Shown here in pieces: positions 31,936 through 44,746 of a stretch of 64,000 nucleotides of DNA. Both the position numbers and the translations under genes were made by a program. Under the pieces are notes generated by a model. The model ran no database searches. It was not told the origin of the DNA and saw only the letters and a program-made list of their open reading frames with translations. Every line of letters begins with the position of its first letter. Position 1 is the stretch's first letter. Source of the DNA: an uncultured Chloroflexia bacterium (GTDB taxonomy: Bacteria; Chloroflexota; Anaerolineae; Anaerolineales; Villigracilaceae); contig CAWHXC010000004.1 in NCBI GenBank assembly GCA_963833175.1, positions 924 to 64,923 on the forward strand, given 5' to 3'.

Positions 31936-34258
31936 ATGAGTCAGAGCAGATCAGAACAGAATATTTCAGGCAAAAGAAACCATGGCCTCTCGCTGCAAAC
32001 GCGATTAGTGTTATTTACTTTATTTGTAGCCCTGGTCCCCCTGATCTTCATTGCAATACGCGATACCATTCAAACACAACAGGCACTAACAAAAAGTGCT
32101 GAAACTTCCTTAAAAGCAGGCGCAACACAAACAGCGAATAGTTTGGATAACTTCATTCAGAATTCATTGATTTCAGTTGGTGCTGAAGCACAATTAGCTG
32201 ATCTCGTAACCTTTTTATCAGCATCCCCAGCCGCCCGAACCGGGACCCTCATGCAAGAACGCACCTTGAATCTCCTTAATAATCTAGGCAAAAAAGACAG
32301 CGCCAATATTATTTCTTATGCACTTGTGGATTCAAATGGGGATGTAGTGCTGGACAGTGCCACGGATATTCAATATAACGAGTTGGAAAAGCCTTATTTC
32401 CAACAAGCGCAATTTAGTCCCAAGCCAATCGTTACTAATGTTACATATGATGAAGATGGAACAACCAGCTTAACCTTTGCAAGCCCGGTCTTAAATGCAG
32501 TTGGCACTCATATTGGAGTACTGCGAGTGAAATATAACTCAGCCGTTTTGCAGGATGTCATTCTCGATAGCGTGGGACCATCCGCCGACACATCAGTTGT
32601 CCTTCTCGACCAATTCAATATTCGCATGGCAGATAGTCAAAACCCTGAACTAATTCAAAAATCCATTGTGCCGCTAAGCCCAGTCGATTATGCTAAAGCT
32701 GTGAATAATTTTCGTCTTCTGGATACTTCACCCGAAGAACAAGCCACAAACTTTCCTGATTTCAAATCAGGAATTGACAATGCTGTCAATCAACCTTTTT
32801 TTAGAGCCGATATAACCCCAGAAATACCCGGAGATGACACGATCGCAGCTGCATTTCTGCAGACCCAGCCATGGATTATCACCTACAGCCGCCCAACATC
32901 CATTTTTCTTGCTGACGTCCAGAAACAGATCCGCACAAATATTAGTTTAGTGCTCATCATATCAATTATCATATCAATAGCTACCGCACTGATTGCCAGG
33001 TCGCTAACAAATCCACTTGTCTCATTGGCGAAAGTCGCAGATTCAATCTCACAAGGTGACTTAAACGCGCGCGCCACAGTCAACACATCAGATGAAATCG
33101 GTCTACTTGCGTCAGCCTTCAATTCCATGACAGACCAGCTTCAATCCACACTTGTTGGGCTGGAAGAACGTATTTTTGACCGTACAGTTGAGCTAAAGAA
33201 AAGCAATGTTGAACTGGAGATCATCTCTGAAGTTGCGCGTGAGATTTCTGTCATTCGCGATCTGCAAACATTGCTTGCCGTTTCAGCAAATCTGATCCGC
33301 GAGCGATTGAATTATTATCACGTGGGCATCTTCCTCGTTGATGAGCGCGGCGAATTCGCCTTCCTACAGGCGGCTAGCAGTGTGGCCGCAGAAAAGCTGC
33401 TCGAACTTAAAATTAAGTTTCAGATTAGTGGAATGGATGCGCTGGGAAATACGCTGCGCGCTGGTCGAGTATATTATTCACCAGATATTCGCCAGGATAA
33501 GGTACTTGCACAAAATCCGCTCCTGCCTGAATCAGTTTCAGAGGCGATCCTGCCATTACGCATCCGCAATATTACTATTGGGGCTTTGGACATTCACGCG
33601 AGCAATAACACCTCACTTGGTGAGCGCGAAATTAACACCTTAAAATTACTTGCAGACCAACTAGCCGCCGCCATCGAAAACGCTCAACTTGTTGCAACAA
33701 GTTGAGCGCACCCTAAATACGCTAACCAATACAAGCCGCTCTCAAACTCAACAAATATGGCGAACCGCCATCGATCAGCGAGAGCGCCCTGCTTATGAAT
33801 ATGATGGTTTGCAAGTGAGGGCAGTACCGCAAGACCTTCCAGTAAACCTGTTAAAACAATTGGAAAGTGGAAAGCCTATCGTCTTTAAACAAAACGGTAA
33901 AGTTAATGATGAAGGAAATGAGTCTAAAAACACACTTTTGATCCCATTATTAGTGCTCAATCAAGTTATTGGCGTCATAGGTCTTGAACAGGAAGATCCA
34001 AATCGCAGTTGGACAGACGAAGAAATTTCCATCGCGCAGGCTGCAGCGAACCGCACCGCGCTTACACTGGAAAATGCCCGCCTGCTCGAAGAAAGTCAGC
34101 GACGCGCAACAAAGGAACGTACGATTTTTAATGCATCTGCGCGTATTGGCTCCGCCGTGAACATTGAAAATATTTTACATATAACCGCGGAAGAAATAGA
34201 ACGCGTTTTAAACAGCTCAGAAGTCATCCTGCAATTTACAAACGATAAAAAGTCATAA
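31936..34258 (+). CDS. receptor 6: dCache-HAMP-GAF + permuted GAF tail (frameshift near 33695)
   Basis: ORFs 31936..33705 and 33689..34258; HAMP DEIGLLASAFNSM. Confidence 0.82.
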
Positions 34259-34299
34259 CTGCATAGATGATAAAGGCATAAACATTTTTCAGGAAAATC

Positions 34300-35706
34300 A
34301 TGGATAAGAGACAAAATCGCCCAAAGATCAGTGAAGCCCTGCGTTACGCCATAATTGGCGCACTCTTTGGTCTGACATTCCCTCTGGTTGGGACATTTGC
34401 CAGAGTGCTTTTGCTTCAGATTCCGATCAACATATCTAATATGATCTACGTTCAACGCATAGACCCGTTGTTATGGGTTGTGAACACCGCCCCCCTCGTT
34501 CTTGGCTTATTTGCGGCATATGCAGGTTATAAACAAGATCAGCTAACCAATATCAACGAAGAACTCTATCAACGCGAATCTGAGTTGAAAAACAACCAGG
34601 CAACTCTTGAGCTACAGGTCTATGAACGCACTGCTGAATTGCAACTCGCCAACCAATATAATGAACGCCGTGCCAAACAATTCGAATCCATCGCTCAGGT
34701 TTCGCGCGCCATCATCCAAACTCAGGGTCTGCAAGATATACTGCCGCAAATCACGCAAGTGATCCATCAGCAATTCAATTTTTATCATGTCGGCATCTTC
34801 CTTCTGGACGCGAATAATGAATATGCAATTCTTGTTGCTTCAAATAGTGATGGTGGGCAAAAAATGCTGGCTCGTAATCATAAGTTGAAAGTCGGGCAAA
34901 TTGGTATTGTAGGAAATGTAGCCGGAACTGGTGTGCCTCGCATCGCACTAGATACAGGAACTGACGCCGCCTATTTCAACAACCCCGATCTGCCGGAAAC
35001 TCACTCCGAAATGGCATTGCCCCTCTTCCGCAGCGGACAACAAATTATCGGCGTTATTGATGTGCAAAGCACGGAACAAAATGCATTCGGACAGGAAGAT
35101 ATCCAAATTCTCACCACACTGGCAGAGCAGGTCTCCATAGCCATCACCAATGCAAGCCTTTATGAAGAGACACAAAAAGCCCTGCTTGAATCTGAAATGC
35201 TATATCGCCGTGATATTCAGGCAGGCTGGGGAAAATTCACCCAGTCGCGAAAACTTGTGGGGGTTCGCAGGCAAGGCATGAAATCAAACCTGCTCATTGA
35301 ACCGATGGAATTACCCGGGGCCTCGGAAGTGACTTTTTCAGGAAATGTTTATCAAAAGAAAGCGGACAACAATGACAAGTCCTCGCAAGTGACAATTCCC
35401 ATGAAATTGCGCGGCGAAATCGTTGGGCTGCTCAATGTCAAAACAGAGGAAAAACGCAAATGGTCTAGCGATGAAATAGATATCGTCACTGCCATCGTGG
35501 AACGCGCCGCGCTTTCCATTGAAAGCGCACGCTTATTGGAAGAAAGCCGTACCGCAGCGGAAAAAGAACGCGCGATCAGTGAAATGTCCGCAAAGATCAG
35601 CGCCGGTACTGAGATTGAAACGATACTAAAAACTGCTGTTCGGGAATTAGGAAATCAAATTGGCGGCGCCCAGATTACAGTCGAGATGGGGAGCGAGAAT
35701 GAGTAA
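34300..35706 (+). CDS. receptor 7: 2-TM + GAF + permuted GAF tail
   Basis: GALFGLTFP..APLVLG TM hairpin, NPDLPETHSEMALPL. Confidence 0.85.
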   Translation: MDKRQNRPKISEALRYAIIGALFGLTFPLVGTFARVLLLQIPINISNMIYVQRIDPLLWVVNTAPLVLGLFAAYAGYKQDQLTNINEELYQRESELKNNQATLELQVYERTAELQLANQYNERRAKQFESIAQVSRAIIQTQGLQDILPQITQVIHQQFNFYHVGIFLLDANNEYAILVASNSDGGQKMLARNHKLKVGQIGIVGNVAGTGVPRIALDTGTDAAYFNNPDLPETHSEMALPLFRSGQQIIGVIDVQSTEQNAFGQEDIQILTTLAEQVSIAITNASLYEETQKALLESEMLYRRDIQAGWGKFTQSRKLVGVRRQGMKSNLLIEPMELPGASEVTFSGNVYQKKADNNDKSSQVTIPMKLRGEIVGLLNVKTEEKRKWSSDEIDIVTAIVERAALSIESARLLEESRTAAEKERAISEMSAKISAGTEIETILKTAVRELGNQIGGAQITVEMGSENE

Positions 35707-38650
35707 TCAAGCATCAGGTATCATGCCTAATAAATTATCAACTCCAAATGAACAGCATATCCGCAACGCATATGCTGCAATTATTATTCTGAGTGGTGCG
35801 ATCATCCCGACCATAGCATTATTTGCATATTTTGGCTTTGTCAATGACCAATGGCAGCTTTTGGTTATTGCAGGTGTGTTGTTGGTCGTCTTGGCTATTG
35901 ATGCCATTTTGATATCTCTGATTCGGCAGGGAAGATCGAACCTGGCGATGATAATCTTGATGTTCAATTTCATTATCGTTGTCCTGGTTACAACACTACT
36001 TGTGCAGGGACTCGGTTTGGTTATTGCCGTTGCCACGATCTTGGTTATTGTTTCCATCAGCAACCTGACAATGCCGTCTCGATATGCATTATCTGGCGTA
36101 ATTGTGGCAACATTGGCAGGCATCGGATTATTGCTATTGGATATTAGCCATCCTGGAACCCGACTGTCTGTGCCCCAAATTGAATTTTACTCGCCATACA
36201 TTGCCGCCTTCCTGGGGTTAGGTTTTATCATCATTGGGCTGCGTGAATTTCACAGGTTTAGCCTGCAAGTAAAAATTGCTGTAGGCACCCTTGCCGCTGG
36301 CGCTATAACAGTAAGTGTTCTTATAGTGTTCGGTCTTAATCGCTCCAGCCTAATTACAACCAGTCTTCTAAACCAATACCAAAGCTCAACCATCGAAAAC
36401 ATACAAAGACAAACTTTAAGCAGCGCGAAAAATACCGCTGTTCAGACAAACGATTTGTTTGCCCAATTGGTCAATGATATTAATGTTATGACCAATTACC
36501 GCGCAAATCTTGAATCACAAAAGGAAGCACTTGGCCAAGGCACATATTGGAATGCCAGTACCCAGCTCGTGCAGTTACCTGGCGGCCAATATGACAATTC
36601 AGACGCAGACCCCAGGTCTGTTGTTGTCCCGTCCACAGTCAATATGGACGAAGCCCTGATTGCCGACTTGAACACAACAGCTTATTTCGATTTCTATGCT
36701 TTGGATTATCTCAAAAACCGCCCGGAAGTGATGAGCTTTTATTTCATCAGCAAAGACGGTTCTACGTCTTACTATCCAAACATAGACCTCGCCCATAAAT
36801 TACCCCCAAATTTTGATCCGCGCACACAGCCGTACTATACAGTCTCAGAGCCCGCCAATGACACAATGCGAAGACCAAATTGGGTTGGTCCATATCAAGA
36901 CCCGGCCGGACAGGGAATGATCGTTACTCTTTCAGCCCCAGTATATTTTGACGACGATTTCATAGGCGTAATGGGCATTAATATCCAACCCCAACAATTT
37001 TTGGGAGAAATTGCAGACATTAAAATTGGAGAAACTGGATACGTTTTCCTAGTGGACGAAGTGGGTCGCATTCTCGCCATGCCCCCTCAAGGGTATTCCC
37101 TCTTTGGAGTGCAGCCAGATAAACCTTCTGTAGATGGAACACCTGAACAATCAATAATCGGAAAAGGTTCAGATAAACTTCAATTTGTAGTTCGAGAGAT
37201 GATGAGTGGTCGTACCGGACTTGAAACCATCTCATTAAATAATGAAAAATTATATTTTGCTTTTGCGCCGCTCTACACACCGAATTTCCGTCTTGGGTTT
37301 GTAGTACCTGAAAAAGAATTTACCGCCAATATGATAGCAGCCAAAATTAAAGCGCAAGATCAGATTCAAAGCACACTCCAGGAAATGACCGTTATCCTCA
37401 TTTTCCTCTTAATTGGATCGATCATCATCAGCTTGCTTGTCGGCCAGATCATCACCCGTCCTCTCCTTCGCCTGACAAAGACCGTCGAAACCATCAGCGA
37501 AGGCGATCTTGCCGTACGCGCAAACATCACTACAGAAGATGAAATAGGTATACTCGCGCGATCATTTAATACCATGACAGAAAAACTAAGCGAAAACCTG
37601 GCAAACCTTGAAGGGCGTGTTTCAGAACGCACCCAGGAACTGGAAAGCGCAAATGAAAGAAATGCCTACCGCGCAAATCAATTTGAAGCCATCGCCCGTG
37701 TAGCGCAGACAATCAGATCCACTCAAAACCTGGAATCTCTCCTTCCGCTAACCACGATAACCATCTCAGAACAATTCGATTTTTACCATGTTGGGATCTT
37801 CCTGCTGGATGCACGCCGGGAATATGCAGTATTGGTTGCGGCAAACAGTGAAGGCGGAAAGAAAATGCTGGAACGCAATCACAGTCTGCTCGTCGGTGGG
37901 ACCGGCATTGTAGGCTTTGTGACCCTTAGCGGACAACCCCGCGTCGCGCTTAACGTCGGGCTGGATTCTGTTTACTTCAACAATCCCGACCTCCCAGACA
38001 CCCGCTCCGAGATCGCCCTGCCCCTGCGCATCGGCTCCGAAGTTATTGGCGCACTAGACGTACAAAGCAAGCAAACAAATGCCTTTACCCAGGAAGATAT
38101 AAACATCCTCTCAACCCTGGCAGATCAAGTTAGCATAGCTATCCAAAATGCGCGCTCATACCAACAAACCCGCGAAGCTCTCGCGCAGGCTGAAGCCGCA
38201 TCCATCCAACTAAGTGGACAACAATGGAATCAATTCCTCCTACGCCAGGATGTAAAAGGGTTCACTTTCGATGGCGTATCTACAACACAAGTCACAAAAT
38301 CTGACAAAAAACGCCCGCACAGCCTTGCGATCCCACTCACTTTGCGCGGCGCAAAAATCGGTTCCATCAAACTCAGCGCCTCAAACCCCGATCGTATGTG
38401 GACAGACGATGAAATCGCAATGGTCCAGGCAGCGGCCGAAAGAACTTCATTGGCGCTTGAAAGCGCCCGTTTGCTTCAAGAAGCTCAAAAACGCGCCGCA
38501 AAAGAACGTGTCATCGGAGAAATTTCTGCCAAAATCGGTAGTTCAAGCAACCTTGAAACCATACTCCAAACGGCGATTCAAGAACTGGGCAATACCCTGC
38601 CAGGAACAGACATTGCCATTCAATTCAAGAATAACCAGGAGACTGAATGA
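35699..38650 (+). CDS. receptor 8: multi-TM + dCache-HAMP-GAF + permuted GAF tail
   Basis: about seven TM, FDPRTQPYY..PYQD, GYVFLVD, HAMP DEIGILARSFNTM, NPDLPDTRSEIALPL. Confidence 0.88.
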   Translation: MSNQASGIMPNKLSTPNEQHIRNAYAAIIILSGAIIPTIALFAYFGFVNDQWQLLVIAGVLLVVLAIDAILISLIRQGRSNLAMIILMFNFIIVVLVTTLLVQGLGLVIAVATILVIVSISNLTMPSRYALSGVIVATLAGIGLLLLDISHPGTRLSVPQIEFYSPYIAAFLGLGFIIIGLREFHRFSLQVKIAVGTLAAGAITVSVLIVFGLNRSSLITTSLLNQYQSSTIENIQRQTLSSAKNTAVQTNDLFAQLVNDINVMTNYRANLESQKEALGQGTYWNASTQLVQLPGGQYDNSDADPRSVVVPSTVNMDEALIADLNTTAYFDFYALDYLKNRPEVMSFYFISKDGSTSYYPNIDLAHKLPPNFDPRTQPYYTVSEPANDTMRRPNWVGPYQDPAGQGMIVTLSAPVYFDDDFIGVMGINIQPQQFLGEIADIKIGETGYVFLVDEVGRILAMPPQGYSLFGVQPDKPSVDGTPEQSIIGKGSDKLQFVVREMMSGRTGLETISLNNEKLYFAFAPLYTPNFRLGFVVPEKEFTANMIAAKIKAQDQIQSTLQEMTVILIFLLIGSIIISLLVGQIITRPLLRLTKTVETISEGDLAVRANITTEDEIGILARSFNTMTEKLSENLANLEGRVSERTQELESANERNAYRANQFEAIARVAQTIRSTQNLESLLPLTTITISEQFDFYHVGIFLLDARREYAVLVAANSEGGKKMLERNHSLLVGGTGIVGFVTLSGQPRVALNVGLDSVYFNNPDLPDTRSEIALPLRIGSEVIGALDVQSKQTNAFTQEDINILSTLADQVSIAIQNARSYQQTREALAQAEAASIQLSGQQWNQFLLRQDVKGFTFDGVSTTQVTKSDKKRPHSLAIPLTLRGAKIGSIKLSASNPDRMWTDDEIAMVQAAAERTSLALESARLLQEAQKRAAKERVIGEISAKIGSSSNLETILQTAIQELGNTLPGTDIAIQFKNNQETE

Positions 38651-40384
38651 TCAAAAGATTGTTTAGCCCGCCAGTATTTGATAACGAAGACGACAACTTC
38701 CGAGCGAAGTTCATTAACGGTTTCGCCTGGAGTGTAATTTTATTACTTACGATCAGCTTGATACCTGCCTTAGGCCCAAATGCAGACGAGAACGCCAGCA
38801 CTACGATTATTTTTCTTGCAGGTTTGATCCTTGTTATGATATTGTCGCTTTATATATTGCGAAGGGGTAATCTAAATGTTAGTGGTTTGATCATAGTAAC
38901 CTTCGGCTGGCTCGGACTTGGACTGCAAGCTTACGCAGCGGATGGCGTAAGAGACATAATCATAATCGCCTACGTTGCAATCAGTTTGCTTGCCAGCATT
39001 ATTATTAACTGGCGTGCAGGCAGTATAGTTATGATTCTCAGCATCGGGGTACTCTGGGTTCTGGCAATCCTCGAAGTAAATGGGTTTTTACAGCCGCGTT
39101 TTCAAGAACCAATTGCATTTTCACGTGACCTCTCCTTCGTGTTCGTTGCAATCGCAGTGTTGATCTATTTCAGCACAACCAGTTTAAGAGACGCAAGCCA
39201 TCCGCGCAAAAAAAAGTGAACAGAACTGCTCGCTTCAAATAAAACCCTGCAGGAACTTAACCAAACATTGGAAGAACGTGTAAACCAGCGCACAGCCGAA
39301 CTAAATAACGCGAACAACATCAATCTGCAACGCGCCCGTCAGTTTGAGGCAATTTCGCAAGTTGTACGTGCAATTTCATCCATCCAGGATCTGGAAATAC
39401 TCCTGCCTCAAATCACAAAAGTGATCAGCGAACAATTCAACATTTACCATGCAGGTATCTTTTTATTGGATGAGAACCGCGAATTCGCGGTCTTACGCGC
39501 GGCAAATAGCGAAGGCGGCAAAAAAATGCTGGCGCGTAAACACAAACTGGCAGTCGGGCAGACCGGCATTGTCGGCTTTGTAACTGCCACCGGTCAGCCG
39601 CGTATTGCGTCGGATGTAGGCACAGATGCCATGTTCTTCGATAATCCAGACTTGCCAAACACTCACTCAGAAATTGCGCTACCGCTGCGATATGCCGGGC
39701 AGATCATCGGCGCGCTTGATGTGCAAAGTACCAAATCAAATGCGTTTAATCAGAATGATATTGAAATATTGATCACTCTCGCAGACCAGGTTGCAACTGC
39801 CATAAAGAACACCCTGGCATGTTGAAGAAGTCCAAAATACTGTATCCAAATTTCAAAGCTCCTCAAACGAAAAGACCTATGAATCATGGAAAGTAATGCA
39901 GTCAAGGTCATCATTCGGATTGGGATTTCAACTTATTGGATCCACCATCAAACCTTTGGATACCCCATTGGAAGGCAAACACATCCAACAAGCGCTGGCA
40001 CAAAACAAGACGGTATTATCTGTCGGCGAAGAAAATGTTTCTTCAAGTCTTGCAATTCCCATACGCCTACGAGGACAGACCGTTGGGATTATAAATCTAC
40101 GCACAAACAACAATTACCAATTAACAAATGATGACACCGAGATCGCAGAGGCTGTCGCCGAGCGTCTTTCGCTTGCCATTGAAAGTGCGACATTGCTTCA
40201 ATCCACACAACACCGTGCAGATATTGAACGAGTCACAACTGATATTTCTTCAAAGATCAGTTCATCCACCCGTTTTGAGACCATCCTGCAAACAGCCGCC
40301 CAGGAACTTAGCAAGGCGCTAGGCGGCTCGGATGTGCTGGTACAGATCGAACCAATTGCCTCGAAAATGATTTCAGCCCAATAG
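38647..40384 (+). CDS. receptor 9: multi-TM + GAF + permuted GAF tail (frameshifted)
   Basis: ORFs 38647..39219, 39268..39825 and 39896..40384 together give the same architecture as the neighbours. Confidence 0.78.
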
Positions 40385-40436
40385 CTAGGAATTATTCCTC
40401 GATTTGCTCACGGAGCTTGTAATAACGAGATTATCT

Positions 40437-42367
40437 ATGAAACAATCTTCCTCCCAACAAAACCCATTTATTACGTCGCTTTTTTCGAAGCGGGTAAGTT
40501 GCGCACCAAATTAATTCTTGGCTTTTCGCTAATCTCTGCTATTGCATCACTTATCACAGCGCTCGCGATTTACACAACCACCCAACGTCAAATTTTTGAG
40601 AATTTTCGCCGTCGCGTTCTTACTTCTGTTGCAATCACTGCATTACAACAGAACGGGGATGAATTTGAGAAAATCGCTTCAGCAAATGAACCGCTTTATG
40701 AAAAGGTACGCCTGCAAAATCTAAATATCTTGAGATCAGATCCTGATTTCGTTTATGTTTACACCATGAGAAAGGACGCACAAGGCATCTATTTTGTTGT
40801 GGATGGTAACGAATTCGACGCCGAGGGTTTTTCAGCGTATGGGGAAAGATATTTGGAACCATCTCCTTTCCTTGTAGAGAACTTCAATTTGATGACTATC
40901 CAATCGTTGAACCTGAACTATATACTGATGAATACGGTTCATTCATCAGCGCCTATGCACCCATACTAACCTCTGACAAGCGCCAAGTGGGTGTCATTGC
41001 CATGGATATCGCTGCAGACACTATTATCCAGGAACAGAGACAAATCCTTATCCAATCCACCGCAGTTTTTCTGGTTGTACTTGCGCTGGGTATAATTCTT
41101 GGCAATTTTGCGAGCAAGGCCATTGGCAAAACTAACTCAAGGTGCTCTCGCTATTCAGTTGGGTAAGTTTGATCAACACATTGATATAAATACTCAAGAT
41201 GAAATCGGCGACCTGGCAAAAATATTAACGGCATGGCTGGTGAAATCCAAAGCTTGATTAGCAGCCTGGAGCAACGCGTAGCCGAGCGCACAACCGACCT
41301 GGAATTATCACGCCAGCAAAGTGTAAAACGCGCCAATGAACTTCAATCGATCAGCGAAATCTCAAAAATCATTACTGGCGAACAAAAACTGGAAAACCTG
41401 CTCCCGCTCATCACCCGCCTTGTAAGCGAACGGTTCAATTTCTATCATACAGGAATCTTCCTGATTGACAGTACACACCAATTCGCCATACTACAAGCGG
41501 CAAACAGCTCAGGTGGAAAAATCATGTTGGAGCGCGGACACAAGCTCGAAGTCGGTGAAAGCGGCATTGTGGGCTATGTTGCAGCGATCTGGACTTCCCC
41601 GCATCTCACTCGACGTTGGGCAGGATGCTGTTTTCTTCAACAATCCCGACCTCCCAAACACCCGTTCTGAAATGGCGCTCCCCCTCAAAGTATATGACCG
41701 CACTGTAGGGGTGCTGGATGTACAAAGTGAGAGCCCAGGTGCATTCACCGAAAATGACGTCAATACGCTCAGCATTTTAGCTGACCAAATTGCAATCGCC
41801 CTGGAAAACACGCGGTTATTCACACAAACACAACAGGCATTAGACGAAGCGCAGGCGCTTTATCGTCAAAACTTGCAGGAAGGCTGGAAAACATTCAGCC
41901 GCGAAAAAGAATTTATCGGCTACCAGCAAAGTTTAACAAGCGGCAAAAAATTGACGGAGATCGTTGAATCAGACGAAATCCAACAAGCCATGAATCGCGG
42001 AGAAGTACTGATCTTTCATGCAGATGGAGTCACACAAGAAGCTTCCATCGTTGTGCCGATCAAACTGCGCGGACAGATCATCGGCAATATAAAAATCAAA
42101 GCGCCAACCAAAAACCGCCAATGGTCAGCTGACGAGGTAAATCTTGCCGAAACAATTTCCGAGCGTCTTTCAATTGCTCTTGAAAATGCGCGCCTGATCC
42201 AGGAATCCCAGCGTCAGGTAATCAAAGAGCAGACCATCAGCGAAGTCACTGGAAAGATCGGCGCATCCATCAACTTGAAAAATGTACTACAAACGGCAGT
42301 TGAGGAATTGGGCCGCGCCATGCCAGGTTCGGATGTTATCATCCAATTTAAGAGTGACGATAAATAG
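40437..42367 (+). CDS. receptor 10: TM-sensor-TM-HAMP-GAF + permuted GAF tail (several frameshifts)
   Basis: ORFs 40499..40969, 41233..41670 and 41465..42367; NPDLPNTRSEMALPL, VLQTAVEELG. Confidence 0.72.
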
Positions 42368-42375
42368 AGAACAAT

Positions 42376-44655
42376 ATGAACAATAGTTTCATTTCGTCCC
42401 AAAAAAATAAAGATAACGAAGAAGAAAAACGCTTTGGTTTTTGGGGAAATCTGGCGCTTTCAAGAAAATTACTTTTAGCATTTGGTGCCATGTTCGTCTT
42501 TGCCGTGGTCATCGCCGTGGTCACATTGAATGGCTTGAACAGGACGCAAGCCGCTTATGAAAAGGCATTGGCTGAAGGCATTGAAATTCGCACGCTATCT
42601 GAACAGTTGGAAGCCAGCCTCCTGCAAGCGCGTTCCAATGAGAAAAATTTTCTCCTGCACTGGCGTGAGGAGGGATTTTATACGGCAAGATTAAACTATG
42701 CAACTCCTTATATGAAAAATGTCGCTGACATGCGTGCTCAACTTACTCAACTTGCCGCTTTTGGATCTGAGATGACTTCAACAGACTCCATCACCCAGGC
42801 TCAATATGAGGCTAATATTGCTTCCTTAAACCAAAACGTGGATGCATATGAGGAAAGTTTCAATGCACTAGTGAGCGCATACCAAAACAAAGGCTTTGAT
42901 GATTTAAGCACAGACTTGGAAAGTCAGTTCCGTCTCACGGCCAGGCAACTGGAAGGAAAATTCTCTGGTCGGGCTGGAACCGAAATTGGATTGGAGGGAT
43001 TGCAGGCTTTGTTTTCCCGAATTCGCCTCAATGAGAAAGACTATCTGTTATCTACAGACCCAAATTATATAAATACAATTCACGCGGTAATGCCCCAATT
43101 AAAAACCCAGATTGAATTAAACGACCAACTTGATCCTGCGGAAAAAACTGAACTACTTATACAGGCAGATGAATACGTGGCTGCAATCGATGCCCTGGTG
43201 GAGTTGGACAAAGAAATCGCCACATACAACGAAGATTTAATTAACGCTTCCAGTACGGTGGAAGCGTTGACGGCAAAAATCAAAGATCTCGGGGGGCAAC
43301 TTGCCACAGAAGATATTAACACGGCGCGTGCAAACAACGCCCAAACTCGCACAATATCAATCATGACAGTGTTAGGAGCGCTTGTTCTTTCCATCCTACT
43401 GGCTGTTACCCTTTCACAACAACTGACTCGTCCCATCATTTCTTTGACCAATACTGCACAGGAAATTGCAGCGGGCAAATTTGATATACAGGCGCCAGTG
43501 AATTCAGGGGATGAGATAGGAATTCTGGCTCAAACATTCAACATGATGACCGGTCAATTGAGAGGTGCTCTTCAAAACCTGGACCACCGCGCCAGGGAAT
43601 TGGAACAACAAACTACGCAACTTGAACTCACGAGTCAGCAAAGTGAAAAACGCGCCCGTGAATTGCAAACCATTGCAGAGATTGCCCGCTATATTTCCAC
43701 AGAAAAAGATCTGAAAAAGCTTCTGCCTTTGATAACCCAAACTGTCAGTAAACAATTCGGGTTTTATCATGTCGGGATTTTCCTTCTCGATGATAGTAGA
43801 AAATATGCCGTCTTGCTCGCTTCGAATAGCCTAGGTGGACAGAAAATGCTTCAGCGTCAGCACCGTCTTGAGGTCGGCCAGACCGGCATTGTGGGAAACG
43901 TGGCAGCTACAGGCATTCCTCGTATCGCTTTGGATACAGGCGCAGATGCCACTTTCTTCAACAATCCAGATCTGCCACAAACACGGTCGGAATTGGCACT
44001 ACCTCTAAAAATTGAGAAAAAAGTAATTGGAGCCCTGGATATTCAAAGCACGGAAATTAATGCCTTTTCGGACGAAGATATAGTGGCATTGACAACCCTG
44101 GCAGACCAGGTAAGCATTGCGATTCAAAACACCCGCCTATTCAACGAAATCGAAAAGTCTCTCGCCGAATCAAACGCAATCCAACGTCAATATTTGCGCG
44201 AAACATGGACAAAATTACCCAAGGAAGAAAAAATTAGCGGTTACAAATATTCCATTGCAGGTGCAGTCCCATTAGAAGAAGAACCAGAATTGACCATTCA
44301 AGAGAACAAAAAAAATAAGCATGAAATAAATGTCCCGATCATCCTGCGCGGTGAAACAATCGGAACCCTCACTGTCCAGGTTCCAAAAAGCGAACATGTC
44401 GGCACAGATCAAATGGATTTGATCAAAGCTGTGGCAGAGCGCGTTGCTTTATCTGCTGAAAATGCCCGCCTCTTCGAAGAGACAACCCGCCGCGCGGAAC
44501 GTGAACGCATCGTCTCTGACATTGCATCCAAGATCGGCACATCCGTGCGCACGGAAAGCATTCTACGCACAACTGCAACAGAGTTGAGCCATTTGCTGGA
44601 AGATGCGGATATTTTTATCGATCTTCACACAACAAAAAAAGGGGATACCGAATGA
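42376..44655 (+). CDS. receptor 11: helical-bundle (HBM/4HB-like) sensor-HAMP-GAF + permuted GAF tail
   Basis: LLQARSNEKNF and IRLNEKDY helical repeats, HAMP DEIGILAQTFNMM, NPDLPQTRSELALPL. Confidence 0.88.
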   Translation: MNNSFISSQKNKDNEEEKRFGFWGNLALSRKLLLAFGAMFVFAVVIAVVTLNGLNRTQAAYEKALAEGIEIRTLSEQLEASLLQARSNEKNFLLHWREEGFYTARLNYATPYMKNVADMRAQLTQLAAFGSEMTSTDSITQAQYEANIASLNQNVDAYEESFNALVSAYQNKGFDDLSTDLESQFRLTARQLEGKFSGRAGTEIGLEGLQALFSRIRLNEKDYLLSTDPNYINTIHAVMPQLKTQIELNDQLDPAEKTELLIQADEYVAAIDALVELDKEIATYNEDLINASSTVEALTAKIKDLGGQLATEDINTARANNAQTRTISIMTVLGALVLSILLAVTLSQQLTRPIISLTNTAQEIAAGKFDIQAPVNSGDEIGILAQTFNMMTGQLRGALQNLDHRARELEQQTTQLELTSQQSEKRARELQTIAEIARYISTEKDLKKLLPLITQTVSKQFGFYHVGIFLLDDSRKYAVLLASNSLGGQKMLQRQHRLEVGQTGIVGNVAATGIPRIALDTGADATFFNNPDLPQTRSELALPLKIEKKVIGALDIQSTEINAFSDEDIVALTTLADQVSIAIQNTRLFNEIEKSLAESNAIQRQYLRETWTKLPKEEKISGYKYSIAGAVPLEEEPELTIQENKKNKHEINVPIILRGETIGTLTVQVPKSEHVGTDQMDLIKAVAERVALSAENARLFEETTRRAERERIVSDIASKIGTSVRTESILRTTATELSHLLEDADIFIDLHTTKKGDTE

Positions 44656-44746
44656 GATTTGAATCTATCCCTCCTTTATCGTTTTTTAAATCTCCTCTCA
44701 ATAATGGAATGGGTACTTCACGCCTGTTAATAATTAAAAGGTTAAT

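Noticed and set aside
39200-40490. Phase variation at the A8 and T7 homopolymers in receptors 9 and 10
   Set aside because: Restoring the frames needs extra indels outside the runs, and most other breaks are not at repeats; error is more parsimonious.
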